NCBI GenBank assembly: GCA_025594325.1
Contig: JANHCV010000012.1
Span: 682,001 to 746,000 of the forward strand
Direction of reading: 5' to 3'
Source: Blastocladiella emersonii ATCC 22665
Lineage: Eukaryota; Fungi; Blastocladiomycota
DNA: 64,000 nt
Under the pieces are notes generated by a model. That model saw only the letters and a list, made by a program, of their open reading frames with translations. It ran no database searches and was not told the DNA's origin. Every line of letters begins with the position of its first letter. The first letter of the stretch is position 1. This document shows, piece by piece, positions 34,392 through 44,513 of the stretch. The translations under genes were made by a program, and so were the position numbers.

Positions 34392-36191
34392 ATGAAGCAA
34401 ATGGACTCTATGCAACGCGTAAAACTTGCGATTCCTGAGCTCGTGGCCAAAATTTTCGTCGAGGCGGTTAAATTACACGACACCGACGAGCTTGATGCCA
34501 TGCTCGAGTACGCTCGCGTCATGCCTCAAGCGCGCATCCCGAGTGTCACGGTTGCAATTAGAGCGCAAGTTTCGCAGCATGACGTTGAGGATGCGAGCAG
34601 ACGTGGGCGAGTCGACTTGCTGAGCGCGTACGGTCACTTTGGCTTCCCCATCTCGCCCGATACCGCGAAGGAAGCTATCGCCGCCGCCCAGAAGCACCGC
34701 TGCTACCGTGTCATCGAGTGGTTCCGGGACTCGGGCACGACCTTCGACTGTCCCGATCGGCCTTTGGGTTGGGTCCGTTCGAAGCTTGGCATCCCCCGGT
34801 ACCTTGTGAGTCGCGAGCCGGTACGTTTGCGTACAACCTCATCAGCACGCAGCGCCTTTCTGACGAATCTGATCAACCACTAGATGATCGGAAACCCTGT
34901 TGCAGCCGGCGATGCCGTCGCTCGCGACTACCAAGCCCTTGCCCTCACCAAGGGCTTTACCTCGATCGTCATTGATGAAGCTCGTTTGAGCATGGACGGT
35001 ATCCAAGCTCTCAACGAGGCAATGCGCTCCTCCGTCACACCGCTACAGACCATCGAGCTGTGCGCCTGCGATCTTGACTGGGCGCGATTCCGCGCGCTTG
35101 ATTTGCCGTCGACACTCGAGTCGCTTCGTCTTTACAAGAACACGCTCGACGACGGATGCACGCTCCCTGCGACTCCGTGGCTTCCTGCCTCGCTGTCCGA
35201 GCTTATGATTTCTGGCGAGCGGTTCTCCTCACGAGCAACGGGGAGCCATCTTGAGCTTTTTCCCAAAACGCTGACCGTGCTCTGCTTGGACAGCTGCGAC
35301 ATCTCGATTGAAGCGCAGCAGCAGCTTTTCCCCAACCTTCCTGCGTCTTTGACCAAGCTTGGTCTTAATGGTCTCAAATTGTGCGACGACAGAATCGACG
35401 ACCTTGTCGAGTTTCTTCCTGCAAACCTGGAAGAGCTCTCACTTGCATCCAACGAGATCACCACTTCCGGCACGAATCTCCTCGCTGAACATCTTCCGAG
35501 TTCGCTCAAGGTGCTCGTGCTCCATGGAAACGAGCTTGAATCCGGCGGTTTTTTTGCGATCGTCCACCGCCTCCCTGCTGGCATTGAAGAACTCGGGGTG
35601 TCCAACTGCTGCATCGGCCCGCTCGGCGCAACCGCACTTCTGCATCGTGGTAGATTCCCTCATCTCAAGGTTCTCGCAATGGGCTCGAACAATCAGGAGG
35701 ACTTCCCCATGCATGGACCCGCTTGGGCAAATGGCACCGTCGCGGCCGTGTTTTGCCCAGCTCGGCCACCTGCCTTCCCGCGTGCGCTCGAGGAGCTCGA
35801 CCTCTCCAACGCTTTCTTGCCCCGAAACGGCCTCAGCTTTTTTTCTACGATGATCCCGTCCACGCTGCGCAAGCTCGACCTGTCAGACCGTGGCACGGAC
35901 GATGTCGAGCTCGAGATCATTACCCGTGTTATGCCGCCGCTGCTCAAGACTTTCGTCCTCGACCAAAGCGAGGTCACGGATGTTGGCGCAGCCGCGCTCG
36001 CACGCGTCATTCCCCCGACTCTTCGTCGCCTCTCCATGTGCGGCAGCGCAATCGATGAGCTCGGCGGGTACTTGCTCCTCCCGGCGTGCATCAAGGCGGG
36101 CGTCACGGACCTGCTCCTGGGCGACAGTGAGATGGACAGGAACTCTCAATCATGGTCCATGATCCGCATGGCTTACCCTGATACCGCGTGA
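34392..36191 (+). CDS. LRR-family paralog 7, intact, about 578 aa; intron 34821-34883
   Basis: 143-codon exon 1 joins the 435-aa LRR ORF through a GTACGT...CTGAT...TAG intron in phase 0. The ATG lies 23 nt from the transposon end. Confidence 0.8.
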
Positions 36192-36544
36192 GCCATGCTG
36201 GTTTAACAGTTAAAGAATGTATGTCGATTGATGCCGTGTCGCGTGCTCGATTCTGATTTTTGCATCCTTGTCGCGCGCGTCCACGCCTCCGTCATCGACC
36301 ATCACCGGCGGGCGCGTCCCGTGCTCATACCGTTACCCGCGCTGGCCACGCCCTAATGATTGGGACGTCGGCGCTGTTCATGGCGGGCGTCGCGACGCTC
36401 GTGTGCCGTGAAATAACCGCGCTGCTCGGGCGAGCCATGACTCTCGTCGTCATCGTCCCCCACATACATGCTTGTGAGATAGATTTTAGTATATGCAAGC
36501 ATCTGCGGTAGCCTGCACGCACAGGGTGAGCGAAGAGTCCGGAC

Positions 36545-36662
36545 GCAATGCGCCACGCACATGAGCATTGCTCTGAACTCCTCTTCGCGCCGTGTCGCAC
36601 TTGGCACACGCTCCTCTTCAACGCACTTCCCATGTATCACTGATTCATAGAACTACCCGCAA
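36545..36662. repeat. Three-copy dispersed motif, copy 1
   Basis: GCRATGCGCCACRCACRTG, then about 65-70 nt, then ATGTATCRCT-N4-CATAKAACT-N4-GCAA. Confidence 0.7.
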
Positions 36663-38240
36663 TTGACTCCGAGGGACCCTAAGTCTCACATTCCGGTCCA
36701 GGTCGGTGCGAAGCTTGGTTTCAAGCCGAGTCTCGTTTGCACTCGACCTGTCTCGCCGCGAGATGAATCGAACACTTTTACTGCAGGCAGCCCTTGATTT
36801 TGTCTGGACCCGATTATCGCATTCTAACGAAGCGAGTGTCGACGTGGTACCGCTCGTGTCATTTGTGGCCATGCCCGTGCCGTCGTCTGACGAGTTTTGT
36901 GCGTGCCAGGGATCTTGTTGCCTGGTGCGGGCTCGCATAGCATATGAGGTAGGTGAACCCTGAAGTTAAACGCTGCAGGTCGTTTTTGATTTTCTTTCCA
37001 AATGCGCGCGGACGGGCGCTTACACCTGATCCGTTGCGTTTTATGCAGAGGCTAGCAAATGGAGCGCAAGCTGACTGGTCCGCTCGTTTGGCACCCTGTA
37101 GTAGCCGTTGACTGAGGCGTGGGGCTCCAGGTGCCGGCGGTGACATTGCTGCGACGCCAGCACTTTCGACACGGCTGCTCACATTGTTCCTCACGCGGCA
37201 CACGACCGGGTTGTTCTCGAAGCACACAACCTTCACGCACGTGCTCACGCCAAACCATGCGGGCATGTATCTACACACTCGCTCTGGTATCTGGAATCGC
37301 AGCAGCGCGCGGGACCTTCGCCCTAGACACGGCTCGTTCGTGCGCCGTGAAAAGTCCGCGCCGCGCGAACGAGCCATGTCCTTGCGTTGGCCGCGTCCCG
37401 CGCACTGTACTGTTCGTTCGGGCGAGCTGCAATGAGTCTTGTCTCGTAGTTTGTGTGATGCGTGCGTGATAGACTTGCGTTTTGCATAGCCTCCTCGTCG
37501 AAGTTGCTGTCTGAGAATGTCTGCGCGAGTTTGAATAGTTGGATGCCCACAACTCCCTGTCGTTTGAATAGATAGCTCTCAAGTTACAACACTCCCCTGT
37601 ACCGTGACGCGTCGTCGTCGAGCGAGAACCAAGAGAACGCGGGCGTCTTGAGCTTGGCGGCGGCCATCATCGCCCGTTGGCCGAACGGATGGACTACGCG
37701 CGAGGGGTGAGGGTGGTGAGTACACTGCGCGGAGCACGACGCAAGGTGACTGACGCGCGCGCCGCGGCGCACGCACGCACGACGCGTGCCCGTGGATGAG
37801 GTTGCCGATGAGGAAGGAGGAAGGAGGAAGGAGCGGTCGAGGTCGGGTCGATGATGAAATGAAGCTGGGGCTCAAGCGCGCGCGAGCGTGTCGAGGAGGA
37901 TCGTGCCAAGCGAGAAGCACGTCGTCGAGGAGGCTCGTGCCGAGCGAGAAACACGTTGGGGATTCAAGAAACACGTCGAGGAACACGTCGAGGATCGAAT
38001 CGAGGATCGAGTACCGTAGCAGGCGGAGCAGGCGGAGCAGGCTGTAGTGCGAGGGAACGTACACGTCGTCGTCGGGCGCGGGGGTAGGGTAGGGAGGAGG
38101 TTTTCGGGTCAGCACCACTCGTCGAGCTCGAAGAAGAAGAAGACCTGCAGCGGCAGCGAGGCGAGAGCGCACACGTTCCATGGCGACCCGACCTGCGGCG
38201 GCGGCCTGCGACCCGACCGACGTGCGCGCGTGTGCGCGCC

Positions 38241-38346
38241 TTGACCTGGACCTTGACCGAGTTGACAACCGAGTTGAGCTGGGTTGAGCTGAGTTGACCT
38301 GACCGAGTTGACGCGCGCCGACCGAGTACCGAGCCGACCGAGTCAA
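38241..38346. repeat. Degenerate CCGAGTTGA-type microrepeat
   Basis: Repeated TTGACC/GAGTTGA/CCGAG units over about 105 nt. Confidence 0.6.
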
Positions 38347-38523
38347 CGCGCGACAACGAGCTGAGACCGCGCTACTGCTGCTTCTTGGTGTTGTTGTTCT
38401 TGTGCTTGATGATCACGGACCACACGAGCTTAAACTCCTTTGTCTTGGCGTTGGGCGAGCAGCTGGTGTCAAAAGAGCACCGCCGGTGAACTTGGCTGCG
38501 GTCGAGGAGCACAAGGCCGGTAC

Positions 38524-38639
38524 GCGATGCGCCACACACGTGAGCGGCTCGCTCGGTCTCCGCTTTGCGCCGCTCAGCTCGGTTTGAGGTCTCCCCATCC
38601 TGTCTACCATGTATCGCTACTTCATATAACTTACCGCAA
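38524..38639. repeat. Three-copy dispersed motif, copy 2
   Basis: Same two blocks with matching spacing. Confidence 0.7.
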
Positions 38640-39613
38640 TGAACTCGAGTGAACCATGTCATCGCAACATAGCTTGTGTTGACGCTCGCGGTGCTGCTGC
38701 AACATGCCCCGTTGGGGTTAACCCACAGTATAGCGGAAAAGACCTCTGCTTTTCATCCATAACCAGAATGAGAGACAGTCGCTACATGCTTTGACGTGAA
38801 GCAAACCCATTTGCTGCAAGACTGTCGATATTGTTCGTGCAGATGTCGATGACCCATCCCTGCCTGCTTTCGAACCAGATCTTAGCCCGATACAGCATGC
38901 TAAAATTCTGTTCGGTCTGTCAAGGCCGAGTCAATGTCGAAATTCGCAGGCCACATTTCGTAGCTCACCAGGTTTCGCGACCAGCTCATGCAGACTTGCA
39001 CTTGGTACGTGCCTCGATCAGGATCGCGGAGCTCCAGCCGACTCATCGTCAGCTCCCGTTTCTAGCTTACCTTGTGGTGTACATAGCGAAGCTGCATGTT
39101 GAGCCAGCTGGCACGATTGCTTGGCGCGACTAGCGTTGCACAAGGTTCCGCCGCCCACTTTTCACCGGCGGTGCCACAATATGCGCCCTGAACGACGATT
39201 CTTTTTCACATCACACCGGCAACTCGTTCTCCAATCCCTGGATCGACCTTGCCAAGTGGCAGCGGTGCGCGGGACCGTTATCTTCAACGCGGTCTGCTTG
39301 GGCGCCGTGAAAAGGCCGCGTCGCCCAAGCAGGTCGTGTCCTCGTACCGATTTCGTTCGGCGCCCTGTTCCGCCATCCTGGGTGGATCGATATAGAGGCC
39401 AGCGTTGTGATTGTGCTCGAATTGTTGATAAATCTGCAGTATGCTGATGCTCAAGTCGATCCTCACTCCTTTGAGCCAGGCGGGCCTCAACGCGTTCGGT
39501 TGTTCGCAAACGCACGAGAACCAACCAGTCTGTGAGAGCTCGAAACTAGTTGTGCGCGGAGACCTCAAGGCGAGTGGGCCGCGTGTCTGCGACGAGGAGC
39601 GAAAGGCCAAGGC

Positions 39614-39735
39614 GCGATGCGCCACACACGTGGCCGCCCGCTGCTGTGGATTCTCATCAGCACAGCGGGGAGGCCCGGTCCGGGCTCCCCTTCATCGACT
39701 CATAATGTATCACTCACGCATAGAACTGCATGCAA
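39614..39735. repeat. Three-copy dispersed motif, copy 3
   Basis: Same two blocks with matching spacing. Confidence 0.7.
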
Positions 39736-40253
39736 CGGAATTATATGCACCACGGCGCCATGCAGCGTGCCAATTTCAAGTCTTCTTTGGTCATCCTTGT
39801 CGTCTTGAGTTCGGCGCGCCGTGCTGTGCTAGCCCGAGGCTCCCAGAGCCGACCGCACCGGTATATCAAGGAGAATATTGGTGTACGTGAGCAGACGATC
39901 AGCGAAACTGTACAGGTACTGAACCTGGCTGTTCCCGCGTGCCACCGATGTTCAACTCATGTCTCGTTCCGTTAGTTTGACGGAACGCAGCGAGGCAAAC
40001 TGGAGTCAATCCATGAATTTCTCTGGCTCGCCGGTGGATAAGCTGTTCACATAATATTCGCGCCTCGCTCCAATGTCCAAGGGCATTCCAGCGTCATCGC
40101 CGAGCTGGGTGGCGGGTTCTCAGGCGGTCCTCTCACGAACCACGAATTATCTGAGCTTTTCGCGAACGCCTACATCCGTACGTCCGTTTCTCACGCAAGA
40201 CCGATCGGGGTTATGCGTGCGGGAATCTAACGTGTTGAGTTCAGGTGGAATAA

Positions 40254-41066
40254 TCAATGATCAAGATCCGATGGCCGAGGCCGACGCGTTGCTCCTTTTG
40301 CTACCCGTGCACGCAACTCCCAGCGCCTGCCGCCGCCGCAGCATGGGCGGTTACGCCGCCGCTCAAGTCTATGCCCGACCTGCTCGGGCAAGCCATCATC
40401 TACAGCGGGACAGCGGATCGGCGGTAGGCAGCGGGTTGTCGTGGTAGTGCAGCGCGATGCGACGGCCGAGCTGGTCTGGCTGACCCAGATCCCGCTCATG
40501 TGCAAGGAGTTTCTGCCGAGAACCGTCAAGCACGCGCGGGATGTCATGGCGTGGCCCACCATGGTGACCTCCGAATTCCATTTCCTGCACCACGCGGGAC
40601 GATGCACGCGGAAAACAGTGCTCAAAATAAAGCGGGCCGTAGAGTCGGCCATTCCTGGAGTGATTGCGATAGCATAGGCTCGGTAGACGACGGGCGGGAC
40701 TTTGTCATGCGACTTGATCAGTGCGGCAGCGAGAGTACCAGGCGGAATACCGGCGGTCTGAAGTGCATGGCGATATCCGCGTATCGATGTGCCGACCGTG
40801 TCAATCTCCTGAAGGTCAATGACAGGGATGCGACACGTGCGCCACTTCAAGTGGCCAAGGAGGGCTTCTTGGTCGGCAGTGGCGCAAGTGACGCCGTCCT
40901 CGGGCGACCAAGTGTCAGGGGCGGACCTCGATTGCGTGAGCATAATGCAAGAAGTTGGAGATTCCGAATTCATTGCGATCGTGCTTGGGTACAGAGTTAC
41001 AGAGCTGGGCTGCGCGAAGCCGCGCGAAACGACGCGTTGAGAGAACGTGTGTGCGACTGATGTCAT
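40254..41066 (-). CDS. Hypothetical protein (270-aa ORF, unrecognised)
   Basis: Protein-like composition in the central part, divergent from the DUF4470 gene; no motif recognised. Confidence 0.25.
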   Translation of the reverse strand: MTSVAHTFSQRVVSRGFAQPSSVTLYPSTIAMNSESPTSCIMLTQSRSAPDTWSPEDGVTCATADQEALLGHLKWRTCRIPVIDLQEIDTVGTSIRGYRHALQTAGIPPGTLAAALIKSHDKVPPVVYRAYAIAITPGMADSTARFILSTVFRVHRPAWCRKWNSEVTMVGHAMTSRACLTVLGRNSLHMSGIWVSQTSSAVASRCTTTTTRCLPPIRCPAVDDGLPEQVGHRLERRRNRPCCGGGRRWELRARVAKGATRRPRPSDLDH

Positions 41067-41154
41067 GAAGAAGACGCCTGCTGTCGCAGCGATGCTTTCC
41101 GCCCACGCCTCTTGCTCAATAACCTATGCTAAACTGATGAATTAACTTGCTGCA

Positions 41155-44100
41155 ATGGGATCAGCCGAACCCGAATTCTTCCGAACGCAGACGAGCACGT
41201 CGATCCTGCTCACCGACCCGGCCGAACGCTTCGACCCGTTCCGCGACTCGTGCGCGGCCGACGTCTTCCTCTACCACAACGAGAGCATCGACGGTCGACA
41301 GCTTCACGCCCTGCTTTGTGGTTTCCATGACTTGCGCTCAGTTGCGCACACGCTGATCGAGGCGAAGCGCAAGGGCTCGCGCGCCGCCATGTCGTTCACG
41401 TTGAACGACCTGTGCCCGGAGCCGATTGCTCGCTCGCTTCTTATTCTGCACGCGCTCATGTCATCGTCTCTCGACCGCTTGACGCTTGACCGCTATGTTG
41501 GGCAACTTTGGTTTTCGGAGCACCTCGAGCAGTCCGCGCTTTCGTTCTGGACTGACCAGATGCACGCTTGCATTGCCTATGACTGGCTCTCCGCGACTGC
41601 TCCCGTTTGAGTGCTTGACGAGGCGACCCAGCTCTCGGTTCGCGAATGCTTGCGACGCTGGCTCGAGCAGGCCGAATCCCCTCCCACCTCCGCCGACCAA
41701 CGTGACTCGCGGAAGCTTCTTTTCGAATCGCTTGCGCTAGAGCACCACCGCGTCATCTGCGTCGAGGAGCCGGAGCACGAGTGCTTTGATCCCGACTGCA
41801 CACACTCGGAGCGTACGACAAACGAGGTCCTGCTGAATCGTACTTCTGCGACCCTCTACTTTGACTCGGCCGACAAGGTCGAGCGGGTCGTCGAGACGCG
41901 GACGCGGTGCGAGATCGAGCGCATTGTCGAAACCAACTCGTTCTTCCTCAACACGCGCTCGGGTCGCTGTCCCAACCCGACCTTTTTCGGCTCGACGTCC
42001 CGCGAGGCCAAGATTATCGCGCTGCCGTCCACGGGCTTCTTCATTGATGTGACCGAGGAGCGCGTCGAGCAGGCCATGGCGAGCCAGCTTAGCGCGTGGC
42101 TCCGCGCCCTTGCGGAGCTTTCCACGACCAATCCTGACGGCATCCAGCACCGCATCACTTTTGTTCTCGGCGACGCCGTCCTTGCCATGGAGCAGCTCAC
42201 CGCGGACCCCGCGCAGCGGTTTGACGTGGTCGACACGTCCGCGCTGGCCGATCGTTGTGGCAATCTGAACCTGCTTGTTCATGGATCCCCGCTCCTCAAG
42301 TACAACAACAAGGCGGCGGGCGACCGGTCGCTGCTCACGCTTTGCTCGTTGAAGTCGCGAATGGATGTCGACAACACCCTTGACGATAACTTCACAATCA
42401 AGTACAAGCTTCATACCTCCGCCCTGCCCGTGCTTTTTGGCGTGGCGCTCTGGGAGGAACACCCGCTTCATCACGACCACTGGGCGGCTCACACGCGGCC
42501 GTTCTCGTTCAACATGATCAAGTCGCGCGCGACCATGCCGTACCGCTTGTGCACCTTTTTCAAGGTGGACGCACCCGACGCGCCGGTCGCGTTGATTGTT
42601 GGCGAACCGAATTACCTTTGGCGCGCCATCTACGGCTTCATCACGTCGATGGCGCGTCACGACAAACTGGGCATGTACTCTCAAGGTCTGTATATTTTGC
42701 GCTTGCTCAAGTCTCCTCCCTACGCGGACTAACGTTCCAAACAAGTACAGGTGGCTGTTTCCTCACGCCTGCTTTGCCCGTCAAGATCCTTGCGTATGCG
42801 TTCGCTTCGCGGCGCGTCGTGTGGTCGGGTGGCGAGCCGTACACCTCGCTTTCGTGGCCGTGCGACGACGCCAAAGCTCTCAGCGATGACTTGGTCGATC
42901 TTTGGTTCATCAACGGCGAGGACGCCGAGCGCGGCCTCTACGCCCGGGGCTACGGGTTTGATTTCGAGTTCGACGAGTACGCTGACGAGGCCATTTTCCA
43001 GGTCCGCGCTACGTTCACGCTTCTGCCCGGCGCGCTTCCAACGTCGGCCATCCGCGTCTACCGCCTCGAGGTCGTAGGGTATACGTACTTCGAGACAATT
43101 CGCCACTCGTACGACGCGTCGAACGGAACGGTTGACGTGGTCTGGTACGCCAACGAGCACGAGCTCGATCCGTCGCCCAACGCCCACTTCTCGCTCTTTG
43201 CGCTGCCGGCGCTCGACACCCGCGGAAAGTTTGACATGAAAGCCGACTGGATCCGCATCAGCGACGAGCTGCCGTGCGGCGGTGTGGACGGCAACAGCGA
43301 TGCGACCGCGCTCGTCGTGACGCGGGTCTCCGTCGAGGCGATGCAAGGTGCCGTTCGCGGGATCATGGCGTCCGCGGCGGCGGCAGCGGCCGACTCTGCC
43401 GCGGCCCGCTCTGCCGCGCGCCCGCCTCCGACGCGGCTCACGGTTGTGAGCGTCATGGACGCGCGGCGCGAAGCGCTTGAGCTGGAGCTCGAGCTGCCGC
43501 GCGGCCGCGGCAAGGCGTCCGTCAAGCCCGTGCCCGTCGCGGACCTCGCGCCGTACCGCGGCGCCGTCGCGCTGCTCGTTGACGGCAAGGTGCAGACGCT
43601 CCAGCTGCCGTACCCGGGATACGCGGCGCGCGTCGATGTCGATGCCAAGACCCGCCGCGTGCGCGTGCTGGTCCTCAAGTCCGCGAACGCAGTTGTGCCC
43701 ACACTCGGCCTCCGTGCGCCGATCCCGCGGTTCGCGCCGTTCCCTGTCCCTGACCGCGGCCCGCCCGTGTCGCCGTTCATGCACGCGGCCGCGATGCGCA
43801 TGCTCGACCACCTGTACCTGCCCGACGACGCGCCGGACCGGTACGCGTCCATTTCGGAGGTGCCGTGGCGCGGGCGCGAGGGCGCGTGGGCCGCCAAGGG
43901 GCTCAAGCTCCTGTTCGAGCAGCTGGCCGAGTTCGCGAGCAAGAAGGGCGGCGCGTGCGTGCTCAAGATCTACGGGCAGGGCCTGCGCGGGATCGTCGCC
44001 CTCATCTTCGTGCACCGACCCGTCGTGATCCCGCCGCAGGGCAAGGCGTTCGGGCTCACGCCCGCGCTCGACGCCAGCTACGTGTACGTGCCGCCGCTCC

Positions 44101-44513
44101 CGCCGAAATCGGCATCCCCCGTGGCGCGCGCAAATGTGCAGCGGCTGCGCAAGCAGTACGAGAAGACAGAGAACGCGTACGCGCGCGCGCTCAATCTGCC
44201 GATCCCGACGCTCCGCGGCGCTGGCCTGTTCAGCGACGCGGTCGGCGAGTACCTCGAGTACTGCCACGCGGCGACGGTCGACCGCGCGATCCCTGATATC
44301 GGCCGGTTCCCGCAGACCAAGCCCGGGTCGCAGGGTGTGGCGGCGGCCGTCGCTGCGGCGTTCGCGGGATTCAAGGGCGAGCTCAAGCGCGCGCTCCTCT
44401 TGCCGCCGTTCCCGACGTACTTTGATAACCAGCCGCCGCCTGACGAGGATGATGAGGAGTGCGACGAGGGCGATGACGAGTATTATTACGACTCTGAGGA
44501 TGATGAAGAGTAG
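41155..44513 (+). pseudogene. DUF4470-family large protein with one in-frame TGA (41608-41610); intron 42686-42750
   Basis: LLCGFHDLRSVAHTL...FTLNDLCPEPIARSLLIL (DUF4470-like) and FDVVDTSALADRCGNLNLL resemble fungal DUF4470/MYND-associated proteins. The 65-nt intron has a CTAAC branch. The true start is uncertain. Confidence 0.65.

Noticed and set aside
37630-37700. HPFGQRAMMAAAKLK as a GST-omega-like CPFAQR motif
   Set aside because: Too short, lacks the Cys, and there is no following domain.
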